The notes beneath the pieces are model-generated. The model saw only the letters and a program-made list of their open reading frames with translations, had not been told where the DNA came from and made no database searches. Of a stretch of DNA of 64,000 bases, positions 1 to 10,252 are shown piece by piece. Source of the DNA: a virus; the IMG/VR virus record IMGVR_UViG_3300021471_000006, positions 45,486 to 109,485 of that record, one strand, 5' to 3'. Position 1 is the first letter of the stretch; every line of letters begins with the position of its first letter. The translations under genes were made by a program, and so were the position numbers.

Positions 1-116
1 AGGATGCTTTACAGCTTTAGCTTATATAGATAATCATTGGACATTCTGGATTTTTTTACTATTAGAGCTTACAGTATTTTTGTTTGACGAGAGTCTAAGA
101 AAATTTTTAGAAGAAG

Positions 117-503
117 GTGAGAATTTTGAAGTTAAAGAAAGGCAAAATAATTAAATACTTGAAGTTTCTTAATAAATATAAAGAGCTAGTAGGTTTTGCT
201 GGATGGAAAGTATTTTTGTATAACAAAGTTGAGCCTAATGATTCTATAGCTAGAATCTGGGCAGATGCCGCCGAAAAGGAGCTAGAAATCTATCTGTTTG
301 AAAGTTTTCTAGAACTGTCTGACGACCAGCAAAAGAATGTCTTGTTTCATGAGTTAGTCCATGCGAGAGTTGCTTATTTTAGAGTATTATCTAACAGGGC
401 AACTGGCTTTCTTGAAGAAGACTTGGTCAATGATTTGGTTAGAGGATTTGAGAAATTTGGTGATTTTAAATGGCTAAAAACACGAAGGAGCAAGAGTACA
501 TAG
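117..503 (+). CDS. Zincin-like (HExxH) metallopeptidase-domain protein
   Basis: HELVH motif with downstream EE. Confidence 0.55.
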   Translation: MRILKLKKGKIIKYLKFLNKYKELVGFAGWKVFLYNKVEPNDSIARIWADAAEKELEIYLFESFLELSDDQQKNVLFHELVHARVAYFRVLSNRATGFLEEDLVNDLVRGFEKFGDFKWLKTRRSKST

Positions 504-781
504 ACGACCTAGAAGCAAGAGTAGGCAGATTTTATACTGAAACAAAAAGAAATCTAAGATTTAGTGCAAGAGGCGAGTGTGGAGAGATAGACTTCATGGG
601 ACGTGCAGCAAACAACGGCTGGCATGTTTATGAGATAAAGGCTACAGGCCATTCCAGAGCTTTAAAAAGAGCCAGAAAGCAGCTGGAAAGAGCTAAAAGA
701 TGCCTGCCATATCAAGTCTCGGACTTGTTTATTTATATAGGGAGCTGTCAAGAGCTGATACCATATAGAGGACAAAAATGA
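470..781 (+). CDS. PD-(D/E)XK nuclease-fold protein
   Basis: GEIDF...VYEIK...QL pattern; GGTGA RBS. Confidence 0.6.
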   Translation: MAKNTKEQEYIDDLEARVGRFYTETKRNLRFSARGECGEIDFMGRAANNGWHVYEIKATGHSRALKRARKQLERAKRCLPYQVSDLFIYIGSCQELIPYRGQK

Positions 782-927
782 TTCGTTATTCTAGAGCAGG
801 CATCCCATATGGGCAGTATGAGAAAGCAGAGAAAAAATATATTGAGAAACCAAATTCGGTGGGCTGGACTAATATTCTTTTAGTTGGGCTCTTAGCTCTT
901 GTAATATTGTTGTATCTGTTAACATAG
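778..927 (+). CDS. Small protein with C-terminal transmembrane helix (49 aa, not in ORF track)
   Basis: ATGA overlap with previous gene; ends ILLVGLLALVILLYLLT. Confidence 0.55.
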   Translation: MIRYSRAGIPYGQYEKAEKKYIEKPNSVGWTNILLVGLLALVILLYLLT

Positions 928-1139
928 TCAATAAGCTGCAGCTCGTAACACCAAAAAACTGGCTTTTTTCTCCCGAACCCGGGAAACTAGAAGTATCTTC
1001 TATTTAGATTAACTTCTCATAACAAAAATGGTTCTCCAGGAGTACCGAGGACGGCGAAATGGCTAAAACTTCTCTCCAGCTACACACGGCGTACTATTCT
1101 TTATACGCCATAAAGCAGAATGACGCCACTTCAAGCAAG

Positions 1140-1397
1140 ACTGTTACTACTATGTAGTGGTTGCGGCGGAGTCGCCATTATCTCGACAATTATCTGTAAA
1201 ATCTCGTGTCGCCATTTTATCGACACTCTAAAAACTGTTACTACTAATAAGTAATAAACTACTGTTACTACTGCCTAGTGAAACAAGCTTCTCTTTATAA
1301 ATCTTTTGGTTTTAAACGTCTTTTTTTGTCTTTACTTCCTAGTAGTAAAAAGTGCTTTTTCTCGTCTTAAAAAACCGTTTCACTATTAATAAGTAAC
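1140..1397. repeat. Array of five imperfect TTACT-N7-AGTAA palindromic boxes plus two GTCG-N10-CGAC boxes
   Basis: ACTGTTACTACT exact at 1140, 1234, 1261; degenerate boxes near 1332 and 1380; GTCGCCATT..TCGACA at 1171 and 1208. Confidence 0.75.
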
Positions 1398-1408
1398 AAC
1401 CCAAAAAC

Positions 1409-1422
1409 AAAACATTTAAATA
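1409..1422 (+). promoter_or_regulatory. Archaeal BRE-TATA promoter
   Basis: AAAACATTTAAATA about 25 nt upstream of ATG 1445, consistent with a leaderless transcript. Confidence 0.7.
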
Positions 1423-1444
1423 CTTACTAAAATACTATATACTT

Positions 1445-2026
1445 ATGGCAACAGCGAAAACAAACAAAAGCAAACAAGCCAGAACTAATAAAATAAATGT
1501 GGTGTTGTCAAAAATGACAAAACAAAATGACTTTAAGAAAGTTGAAACAAAAGACTTAAATTCTGGCAACGTGGCATATTTTGAAAATAGCCATACGCCA
1601 GCAATAGAAAATGGTGCATACGTACACCATAGACCAAGTGAAGCAGTTTGGTTCACTGTGGACGCAATGAAAAAAATACAAGACAAGCTTGGCGTGGACT
1701 TTATGACAGTAAGTCCAATGAGAGCCACAATACAAGCTTTTAGAAAGCTTGGTGTAGAACTAGAAACAGAAGACTTTAATCGTTCTGCAAAAGCTGGATT
1801 ACCAGCTGTGGCAAGTGATGACACAATAGAACTTAAAGAACTACAACTAGCAGTACAGAAACTTTATGCGCCAGATGGCAAAAGAAAACCACAAATAAGC
1901 AAAGAAGACTTAATACAGAAATTTAAAGAGAGTGGCTTAACAGATGAGCAGATAAGAAAAGTAATTCCAAGCTACAAAGAAGTAAGCGTATTAGATAAGC
2001 TTACTGAATTAATTAAAAATATTTAA
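1445..2026 (+). CDS. Hypothetical protein (monocistronic)
   Basis: 193-aa ORF with its own promoter and terminator. Confidence 0.8.
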   Translation: MATAKTNKSKQARTNKINVVLSKMTKQNDFKKVETKDLNSGNVAYFENSHTPAIENGAYVHHRPSEAVWFTVDAMKKIQDKLGVDFMTVSPMRATIQAFRKLGVELETEDFNRSAKAGLPAVASDDTIELKELQLAVQKLYAPDGKRKPQISKEDLIQKFKESGLTDEQIRKVIPSYKEVSVLDKLTELIKNI

Positions 2027-2056
2027 GTGGCGAAAAGCCACTTTTTTATTTTTTTA
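2025..2056 (+). terminator. Hairpin plus T-tract terminator
   Basis: AAGTGGC-GAAAA-GCCACTT followed by T run. Confidence 0.7.
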
Positions 2057-2593
2057 ATGGAGAGTGAAGCAAAAATGACATACACAATACAAGAGAACAA
2101 GATAATAAGCGAAAAGACCATAGAGCAAATCTCTTTAGAAGTTGGCTTAAGCTTAATAAATGGAGTGTGGAAAAAATGATTTTTTTTATTTTTAATTATA
2201 TTCGGAAACAGCTGACTTTTTACAGTTGGCAACACTTTAAGAGCGAAATAAAACAGCGTTTTAGAGAATGGAACTTAACTGATTTAATAGGAGCGTTTAT
2301 ACAATGAAACCACCAAGACCACCAAGACAGAATATAATAAACGTATGTTATCGTTACTTAGTACTATATTTATACTTAGTGAGTTTTATAATTGGTTACT
2401 TGATGGCTCACATCTACTACTCAGTTAAGAAACGTCTTAGCTGAGCCCTTTTCTTTTTTACTACTGATAGATAGTGAACCGACGTCTCTCTGGAGCCGAG
2501 GGGAGGAGAGCAGTGGACATTATAGGCAGTCCAAACCTAGGCGACGCCTGTCCTAGATAGAGAGGCAGCACCACTAGAACCTTGTAATATATA

Positions 2594-2607
2594 GAAATAT
2601 TTATAAA
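2594..2607 (+). promoter_or_regulatory. Archaeal BRE-TATA promoter
   Basis: GAAATATTTATAAA upstream of ATG 2630. Confidence 0.65.
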
Positions 2608-2629
2608 CGCAAATGTATTAAACAGACAC

Positions 2630-3172
2630 ATGAAACTAATTAATGGCACTTTCAACGATTATAAAGTTCTTGCTAGTTATCACTATTTAGATAGACCATA
2701 TTATATCACTTCTGTTTATAGTCTTGTCAAAGATAATATTATAATTGGAGTACTTGTTGCTGGCTTGCCATATCCAAACTGCAGAGCCAGAGATAAGAGA
2801 ATTAACAAGATGAACATAACTTCTATTAAGAGAATAGTCATACTGCCAAAATATAGACATAATGGCTATGCTACACTTATGTTAAAAGAGTTTCTTAAAG
2901 TGGCAAAGACCAAATACGTTGAGATAATAGCAAAAGAACAGTTAGAGCCACTATTTAAGAACGCTGGTTTTAAGACCAAGAGATATATTAACTATAAGAA
3001 TGAAAAGAAAGTCTATGCCATCAGCAGTCGCCAGAATGACGCCTGTTCAAGACAAAACGGTATTTTCCGGGAGGTGTTAAGAGTGTATGATGAAAACGAG
3101 CCGGTAGAGTTTGGTGCTACATACTCAGAGGCATATCCAGATGACTGTGGACTAGACATCTACGGCGATTAA
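2630..3172 (+). CDS. GNAT-family acyltransferase, paralogous to the C-terminal domain of 39523..41016
   Basis: DYKVLASYHY and RIVILPKYRHNGYA acetyl-CoA-binding motif. Confidence 0.7.
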   Translation: MKLINGTFNDYKVLASYHYLDRPYYITSVYSLVKDNIIIGVLVAGLPYPNCRARDKRINKMNITSIKRIVILPKYRHNGYATLMLKEFLKVAKTKYVEIIAKEQLEPLFKNAGFKTKRYINYKNEKKVYAISSRQNDACSRQNGIFREVLRVYDENEPVEFGATYSEAYPDDCGLDIYGD

Positions 3173-3337
3173 TTTTTTTTCAAATTATGATAGTCGCCTC
3201 GGTCCGGCGTCATTCTAGCCGAGCCGAGGAAAGCTACAAACACATATAGACAGGCAGAAAAGAAAGTTTGGCCGCTCGCGCCTCGGCAAGGTCGGTGCCA
3301 GTGCCGAGGCGAGGTTGGCACTTTTGGACAAAAAAAA

Positions 3338-3625
3338 TTATCGTTTTTTTGGGCGAATTATCCAAATGCCATCAACAGTCGTTGGTGCAGAGCCACTTTT
3401 ATTTAATCTAACTTCTGTATATGTTGGATATTGTGCTCTAAAACCAGCCCTTATACATCTTAATCGTTCTTTACTGTCTATTGCGTGTCTTGTAAACTGA
3501 TGTGGATTAAAGCAGATAACGTGATGACTTTCCACATATTGCTTTAGTCTTGTCAGTTTAGCTATTCGTTCATCTAATATATCCAATACAACGGACTTAT
3601 CTAATGTTCTCATTGCCATCACCAA
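3338..3625 (-). CDS. Hypothetical protein
   Basis: ORF with reverse TATA box at 3646-3659 and downstream T-tract. Confidence 0.6.
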   Translation of the reverse strand: MVMAMRTLDKSVVLDILDERIAKLTRLKQYVESHHVICFNPHQFTRHAIDSKERLRCIRAGFRAQYPTYTEVRLNKSGSAPTTVDGIWIIRPKKR

Positions 3626-3763
3626 TATAATATAATATTTTCCTATTTATAAACTTTTTGTTTTTTTATTTAGGCGATTTCTGGACAGAAAACTTTGTTT
3701 GAGTCGGCGTCTTTCTGGCCTGCCCTGGGAGAGGGACTTTTGGCTAAATAAAAAAAATATGGG

Positions 3764-3934
3764 TCACATATTACAATAGGCGGCTATGATAGCTTCTATC
3801 TCTAGAGCCGTATTGTAATATTTTAGACAGTCTTTATCGCACCAGTGGCGCCCAGAACTATCTGTATAAGGCTCTGTAAGTTCTGTCTTACACCAGCCGC
3901 ATTTAATTACTTTCTCAGGCGTTAATAGTTCCAT
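3764..3934 (-). CDS. Small Zn-finger protein (56 aa, not in ORF track)
   Basis: MELLTPEKVIKCGWC...WCDKDC; GGTGA RBS; reverse TATA at 3967-3980; T-tract after stop. Confidence 0.65.
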   Translation of the reverse strand: MELLTPEKVIKCGWCKTELTEPYTDSSGRHWCDKDCLKYYNTALEIEAIIAAYCNM

Positions 3935-3966
3935 TTTTATCACCAGCTTATATAAATACTTTAAGC

Positions 3967-4020
3967 TTTATAAATGTTTCGAAAATTTGACGGCTTAAAA
4001 GGAATGGAAAATTTTATAAA
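3967..4020. promoter_or_regulatory. Divergent BRE-TATA promoter pair
   Basis: TTTATAAATGTTTC (minus, 3967-3980) and GAAAATTTTATAAA (plus, 4007-4020). Confidence 0.65.
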
Positions 4021-4154
4021 TGGTAATTGCTTAATCTCTCTTGTAGTTAAATAAATTAGTTTAACTATGGCGGTGGAAATTTTACCCCCCAAAACACAAC
4101 AAAGTAATTCTTTCCACCGTCTTAAACTCTCATAAACTTATGGAGGTGAGAACA

Positions 4155-4430
4155 ATGGGAGCAGAAATAAAAGAAATACCCTACCAAAGGGGACCGAAAG
4201 CTGGACAAATGGCTCCGCCTAGATTATTTCTTTCTAGAGGAACCAAGACTCCAAGTGATACAGCATTTAGGCTGACACACAAGACAGCTAAATTAGTGTT
4301 AGCCAACATAGGCAACATAGAGAAATATGTTAGCTTTATGGAGAACCGTGGAACAAAAACAGTTGCGGCAGCTGACAGCAGTAAATCCGATATCGTTAGT
4401 GAGATAGTTGACCTAGTAAAACAACTTTAA
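4155..4430 (+). CDS. Hypothetical protein
   Basis: GGAGGTGA RBS before ATG 4155. Confidence 0.75.
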   Translation: MGAEIKEIPYQRGPKAGQMAPPRLFLSRGTKTPSDTAFRLTHKTAKLVLANIGNIEKYVSFMENRGTKTVAAADSSKSDIVSEIVDLVKQL

Positions 4431-4431
4431 A

Positions 4432-4686
4432 ATGCCCAATAGAGTATATGTCAGAGACGGCAGATATTTGATTAGACTGTCTGAGGCGACGCCAGAGCAA
4501 CGCCGGACCTGTGACCGGGTCATCTTGGACAATAAATTTGAGGTCATTAAGGTGATACCCGCCAAGAAACTCAGGCTTATTGATGCAAACCTGAGCCTAG
4601 TTAATCCGGTAGATAGAAACAAGTTAACCATCGGAGATGTTACAGGTTTTAATAAGCCAGAAGATAGGCTAATACAACTTATTTAG
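4432..4686 (+). CDS. Hypothetical protein
   Basis: Adjacent to previous gene; T-rich terminator follows. Confidence 0.65.
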   Translation: MPNRVYVRDGRYLIRLSEATPEQRRTCDRVILDNKFEVIKVIPAKKLRLIDANLSLVNPVDRNKLTIGDVTGFNKPEDRLIQLI

Positions 4687-5343
4687 TTTCTTTTTCTTTT
4701 TTTTTCAATTTTTTAGATGGGGCTACTGCCGTCCGGCGTCATTCTGGCCGAGGCAAGGTGAACCCATCCGCCTTACCGGCGGCTATACGCACGCCGTTAG
4801 AGAGCCTCAGGCATCCAGCCTTAGGCGCACAGTGGACGGCTGACGCCGGGCAACTATCTGTAACAGTAAGACATCTATCTAGGGTAGGTGGCTAGGTGGA
4901 TAGGGACAGTTTTCCAGCACCATTTAGCCGTACCAGCTGATAGTTATTTCACTACTTTCTAACCGTATCTTATTGTATAGACATACATAGTTGCCCGTGG
5001 GCTTCTATCTAGTCGCACTTACTCACACGCCGATAGGAATTCTTTATACATTTATTATATACTGATAGTTGCCCGAGGAGCGTGTGGAACGCAGGTAAAT
5101 ATGGCAAAAATCGAGGTTCTCTCCCACCCTAATAAAACTACTTGGGGCATATAAAACGCCAACCTACATATATAGGATTGCGTCAGGTTGAAATAGCTTT
5201 GATACCCTAGTTTAATATAGTTTTTGATATACTTTAGGCGACTTTTGAATAGAAAAATTTATAAATGGTTTTTCACTATTAGCTACTGTCAGCAAGACAA
5301 CACCACTAAGTCGGGCTGAACAAGCTAACGGAGGTCGATATAA

Positions 5344-6105
5344 GTGGCAAAAGAAAAACCAGCACGTAAAATAGAGGTTAAAAGTTCCTCATTGGGAAAC
5401 TTTATCTACTATGCACGTGATACACCTAAAGAAACTACGTTTGGGCACAGTTTCTTTGGAACAATAGACGCAAGAGGACTTAATTTGCTACAAGCAAATA
5501 AAGTACCCGTATATAGTGCGAAAGAGTATTGCGACGCCCTAGCACAAGCACTAACATTGCTTATGCGACAACACAACAAGAACGCACCCGCATTTCCAAG
5601 AGAGTTCTTGGGTAGTAGAGGTCCGTCTTGGAAAACTTCTAGAGAGAGAGAGGGAAACGAAATCTATATAGACGGAGTAAGATTTTACCCTGAAATAAAA
5701 CAGAGATATGAAGAGGCAGAGAGATTGAAAGAACTTGCTAAACAGCAAAAAGCAGTAAAAGTAGAAACGCCTAAAGTAGTTGCACAACCACAAACAATAG
5801 AGGTAGAGATGCCTCAGGCAGTACCATCTGCTCCGACACAAGTAGTAACAGCAAAACCACAAGCAGTAAATACACCCGTTACAGCAGTTGCAGATAGCAC
5901 AAAAGACCCGGATGCTGAAGCCGTCAGAAAAATTCTAACAGCAAGAGATACAAAGAATTTTACCGACAAGCAGATACAAGAGGCTTTAGTAGCTAAATAC
6001 GGGAAACAAAGAGGAGCAGAATTGTGGAACAAGGCAATAGCTTCTCTAACACCGACAACACCAACAGTTCCAGAGATACCCGTGCCACCACAAATTGATT
6101 TATAA
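5344..6105 (+). CDS. Hypothetical protein with Pro/Ala/Thr/Gln-rich linker
   Basis: TATA at 5252-5265, GGAGG RBS, hairpin/T-tract terminator after stop. Confidence 0.8.
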   Translation: MAKEKPARKIEVKSSSLGNFIYYARDTPKETTFGHSFFGTIDARGLNLLQANKVPVYSAKEYCDALAQALTLLMRQHNKNAPAFPREFLGSRGPSWKTSREREGNEIYIDGVRFYPEIKQRYEEAERLKELAKQQKAVKVETPKVVAQPQTIEVEMPQAVPSAPTQVVTAKPQAVNTPVTAVADSTKDPDAEAVRKILTARDTKNFTDKQIQEALVAKYGKQRGAELWNKAIASLTPTTPTVPEIPVPPQIDL

Positions 6106-6440
6106 GAGGGGATTTTTCCCCTTTTTATTTTTTTAAGAGGTAAACAAAATGAACGAATATGGAATAAGACCCGAGTCTCAGCCCTATGTGTGTTCAAAAT
6201 GTGGAATAAGTTTTAATAGTAGAGGAGAATTATTTGAGCATAAACAATTAATACACAAAAGAGGCGATTAAAATGAACTACTGTATTAAATGCGGAAAAA
6301 GAACAAGCACTTATAGGACTTTTTGTAGTGATAAATGTAGAGGTGAATTTTATGGTAACATTTGCTAAAAAAGGACATCCTAAGGATTGTGAATGCCGAA
6401 TATGTGTATGGAATTTTTCAGATAGACGGAGGTAAGTAAA

Positions 6441-6626
6441 ATGTCTAGAAAGAAAATGAAAACAAGAACAAACCCTAAGAAGGAAAAATATAGGGCACTT
6501 AAAACCCCTGATAGTGAGAAAGGCAGATATAAGCCAAAAGTTCCAGAACTAACACCCGAGCAAAGAAAACAAAAACTCTGGAATGAGAGAAAAATAAATC
6601 GGTTCTTTAGAAGAAGGAGGAGATGA
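6441..6626 (+). CDS. Small basic protein
   Basis: GGAGGT RBS; Lys/Arg-rich. Confidence 0.6.
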   Translation: MSRKKMKTRTNPKKEKYRALKTPDSEKGRYKPKVPELTPEQRKQKLWNERKINRFFRRRRR

Positions 6627-7042
6627 AAATGAAAAGAGTTACGAAAAGTGAACTGATTATCTATGATAGTGGGTGTATTATGGGAGCCGATAATCTTTTT
6701 GAGAGAATTAAAAGGATTAATATTGATTATTCACAGGAGAACTTTTTAGTCTTTTATATGAACACCAAACACAAGATATTACATACCGAAATATTGTTTA
6801 AGGGCGGTTTAAATAGTAGCATAGTAGATTTAAGGACTTTATTTAGAAACACACTATTGCAAAACGCCCATAAAATTGTTGTTGCTCATAATCACCCGAG
6901 TGGAAATTTAACTCCTAGTGAAGAGGATTTAGATGTTTACAAGAATATGAAGGAAGCAGGTAAGATAATACAAATAGAGGTTCTTGATTTTGTAATTTTT
7001 AATAGGACCGAATTTTTTAGTTGTGGGAGGGAGTATGAATGA
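6623..7042 (+). CDS. radC: RadC-like JAB-domain protein
   Basis: QE...HNHPSGNLTPSEED...VLDFVI motif. Confidence 0.9.
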   Translation: MKMKRVTKSELIIYDSGCIMGADNLFERIKRINIDYSQENFLVFYMNTKHKILHTEILFKGGLNSSIVDLRTLFRNTLLQNAHKIVVAHNHPSGNLTPSEEDLDVYKNMKEAGKIIQIEVLDFVIFNRTEFFSCGREYE

Positions 7043-7347
7043 AAAACTATGAAATAAAATATTTAGCCCGTTTAAGTGGAACATTAAACGAGGAACAAGT
7101 AGCAGAACTAATGTTAGATATAGGGAACCCTAATGGACTAATTCTCAAAGGCATTAGAAAGATAGGAGTACATAAAAAGTGTTTATCTGTTTGTAAAAAC
7201 CCCTATTGTTCTAATCAAATATCCGAGAATAGAACATTTTGTAAAGTATGCGCATATATAAACAAAATAGGATATCAACGTGGATATATTATTGGAAAGA
7301 ACGGGTGGAGAAATAAATATGAGAAAAAGGCTAAAATTAAAATATGA
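7039..7347 (+). CDS. Hypothetical Cys-rich (Zn-binding) protein
   Basis: CKNPYC...FCKVC. Confidence 0.55.
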   Translation: MKNYEIKYLARLSGTLNEEQVAELMLDIGNPNGLILKGIRKIGVHKKCLSVCKNPYCSNQISENRTFCKVCAYINKIGYQRGYIIGKNGWRNKYEKKAKIKI

Positions 7348-7540
7348 CCCACTCATTTCTTTTTTTTGTCCTGTATGTAAGAGCAAGACAAGACAGGCTA
7401 GAATAAACAATAAAAGAGTATGTGTGGGCTGTAATCTTTCTCTAACTCCCAATGAGTGTCTTATTATAGATAGGCGAGACAAGAATAAACATTTTAAACT
7501 AGGAACTGATTATATTTTACCTTCACATTATAAACTATAA
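7319..7540 (+). CDS. Zn-ribbon protein
   Basis: CPVC...CVGC. Confidence 0.55.
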   Translation: MRKRLKLKYDPLISFFCPVCKSKTRQARINNKRVCVGCNLSLTPNECLIIDRRDKNKHFKLGTDYILPSHYKL

Positions 7541-8201
7541 GGAGGCGATAGAAATGCAAATTGGAACATTTAAGGAAGGCAACATTGATTTAGACCCGTG
7601 GCAATTATTAAAGTTAATAGCACTCATTCTTATTCAGGCGGGACTAGTTGGTTTTGTCATATTCTTTACCTTAATGCTTTTGGGCGGCATCATAGGTGCC
7701 GTCTGATTTTTTTTTGTTAGGATTTCTAGGGGCCGAGGCGAGGAGAGGTAGCAGAGTGACGCCGGTTCGTGATAGGCAGAAGGAGGCTTCTGAAAACCTA
7801 TTAGAAGGCTCGAGTTTAGTTAGGAGGCTCGAAGGAAATATGGAGGCTCAATGACGGAAGCATACGACCGTACTAGTTCCGTTATCTAGCCTGGCCTGTC
7901 CTAGACTGGGCAATGCTCGCCCACCAAAAGATTTATAAAACTATCTAATTTAATTTTTCGGCTAATTGAGGAATGTTTTCTCCCAAATCGTGCCTGTTTA
8001 TGCCCACCGATTTCCGAAATTATAGGACTTTTTATATACACACATCCGTGCGGAAGAACGTGCATCCTGTAGGTTTTCCGAAAATTGATTAAGTAACCGA
8101 CCATAAAGTCGCCCAGAAAAAAACCAAAAAATTTATAAATGAATTTGATTTATAAGAGAATAACAATATAAATTATTTAAAACTGTAAAGGTGAGGACAG
8201 T

Positions 8202-8402
8202 ATGGAAGAGATAGAAAAAGAAATTTTACAGGACGAACAAATTGAAGAAATGTTAGGATATTTCGAGTTTGATGAAAAAACTAAATCAATACCCGAAGAA
8301 TTGCCTAAGGAATTCTATGAGCAACTTGAAGCAGATATAATTAAGGAGCAAACAGGAGAGGCTTATTTTGAAAGAATGAAAGAACTAGGTGAGATGTTAT
8401 GA
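8202..8402 (+). CDS. Small acidic protein
   Basis: TATA at 8126-8139; GGTGAGG RBS. Confidence 0.7.
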   Translation: MEEIEKEILQDEQIEEMLGYFEFDEKTKSIPEELPKEFYEQLEADIIKEQTGEAYFERMKELGEML

Positions 8403-8806
8403 GAGTTCTTACTAAGGTAGGACAAACACCAAGAGAAGCATTAGAGGACGCATATCTTCAAGCATATAAAGAACTCGAAGTTACCGAACTAGATTTCTTA
8501 TTTGATAATCCTAGAGAGTGGCATAATGTAAAGCAAATAGTAGGAGATATTATGGGGTGCATAATGTTTGGAAGAACTGTGCCAAAGAGGGCGTCCAGAA
8601 TGACGCCGGTTCGAGAGGGAATGAAATTCCTAAGAGACCGACCAATTAGGACTTATCCCCGAAAGATAAAAAATAAAAGGCAGAAGCTAAATTATCTAAA
8701 AAATCTATTCCTAAATGGTGAAATTGACTTCGGAGTGTTCTGCGATTTAGCAGATATGATAGGAAACAGAACTAAAAAGAAAATATACCTTATGAAGGTG
8801 TTGTAA
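8399..8806 (+). CDS. Hypothetical protein
   Basis: ATGA overlap, GGTGA RBS. Confidence 0.7.
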   Translation: MRVLTKVGQTPREALEDAYLQAYKELEVTELDFLFDNPREWHNVKQIVGDIMGCIMFGRTVPKRASRMTPVREGMKFLRDRPIRTYPRKIKNKRQKLNYLKNLFLNGEIDFGVFCDLADMIGNRTKKKIYLMKVL

Positions 8807-8808
8807 AA

Positions 8809-8997
8809 ATGTCCCCATATATGAGTTATATATTAACAAACGACCCGACTATGACAGATTTGAGAGAAAAATACTTAGGAGTTCCAGAAACCCAAAAGGA
8901 AAAGGAAGCTAGAATAATAGCTATGGTTACAGAGAGAGTTACCGAAGAAATAAGAAAGGAGTTAAAAACTGAAAAACTCCTAATGGAGTTGATTTAA
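8809..8997 (+). CDS. Hypothetical protein
   Basis: Operonic ORF. Confidence 0.6.
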   Translation: MSPYMSYILTNDPTMTDLREKYLGVPETQKEKEARIIAMVTERVTEEIRKELKTEKLLMELI

Positions 8998-9323
8998 CGT
9001 GAACGAAATCCAACTAACGGTGCTTGGAGAACTAACTCAAGAGATGAACTTATCTCCTAAAATAGTTGAAACAAGTATGAAACACCTTGAGAATCTAGAG
9101 GGACAAAAATGACAAAAGAAGAGGAATGGGAGAACAGATTTGACCTAACTGTCGGAGACAGAATGTTTTGGTGGGAGTTATGCTCACGAAATTTTTACAA
9201 GAGAGAGGTTTAGAAAAATGAAAGTAGGAGAATGTACTACACAAGAACAAATTGACGAAATTATAAGAATAAGAGCCGAAATATCCAAACTAAAAAGCCG
9301 AGTAAAAGAGTTGGAGGATAAAA

Positions 9324-9539
9324 TTGTCCGACAAAATTATTGTTGAGGGATTACCGTTAGCAGAATTAGAAGAATTGCTTGCCCAAGTGGCAACACTTCA
9401 AAAGAAAAAAGAACGGTTAAATAGTTTAATTAATAAAATACTTGAAATTGCCGACGAGCAAATTCATATAATTCATTATGACAAGACATCAGCAAAAGTA
9501 AGAGGCTTAATAAGAGAATATAGACGAAAGACAATATAA
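9324..9539 (+). CDS. Hypothetical coiled-coil protein
   Basis: GGAGG RBS, heptad pattern. Confidence 0.55.
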   Translation: MSDKIIVEGLPLAELEELLAQVATLQKKKERLNSLINKILEIADEQIHIIHYDKTSAKVRGLIREYRRKTI

Positions 9540-9929
9540 AACATTGTGGAGGGAGAATGAAAAATGAGTATTAAATGTCCGATATGTGGAGAAATTACAC
9601 CACCCAAACAACCCACACACAGAATAACTTATAAAGAGTTCACAAAAGAAGGCTCTAAAATTACAGGCGAGATAACTGTTTGTCAGAACTGTGGCAGTAG
9701 GCACAGAAAATTGGTTGAGGTGATTTAAATTGAATAATACCCAAGTATACGAAAGGTGTCCCAAGTGTGGACATTTTGAAATAAAAAACATTCTTTTTAA
9801 TAACGGTTGTGAAGAATGTGGATATACAGGTGGAGAAATTGCTAGAACAGGATAGAAAATGCTACTTTGATGATATAGAGGTAGATGAAGATACCTATGA
9901 ACATTATTTAATGGAGGCTAGACTAGAAA

Positions 9930-10169
9930 ATGGCATATAAATATCCGGAAGGCACAGAAATCCTTTGCATTAAAAATGGAGAGCCTTTTGTAGCAGGAAG
10001 AATATATACTGTCTATCATAGTGAGAGGTGGAGAGAGGCTCACGGCTATAGGTTTAAAGATGTTGAGTGGGAAGAAGACCCGGGCTGGTCTCAGTCCTTT
10101 ATTGAAAGTCCCGACTATTTTAAGAAAGTAGAGAAAAAGGTAACAAGTTGGAGAAAATTAATAGAATGA
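9930..10169 (+). CDS. SH3-like small protein with C-terminal W-tag
   Basis: YKYPEGTEILCIK start; ends KKVTSWRKLIE. Confidence 0.75.
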   Translation: MAYKYPEGTEILCIKNGEPFVAGRIYTVYHSERWREAHGYRFKDVEWEEDPGWSQSFIESPDYFKKVEKKVTSWRKLIE

Positions 10170-10252
10170 AATTCAAATTAGGATTTAAAGAGAGAGACCT
10201 AGAACTTAATAATATAAACTTCTGGAGGCGTCATTTAAATGGGGAGATTTAA
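10166..10252 (+). CDS. 28-aa micro-protein consisting of MKFKLG start plus W-tag (not in ORF track)
   Basis: MKFKLGFKERDLELNNINFWRRHLNGEI; overlaps both neighbours. Confidence 0.5.
   Translation: MKFKLGFKERDLELNNINFWRRHLNGEI

Noticed and set aside
6088-6105. C-terminal QIDL as a bacterial beta-clamp-binding motif
   Set aside because: Weak match, and the replication system here is PCNA-based.
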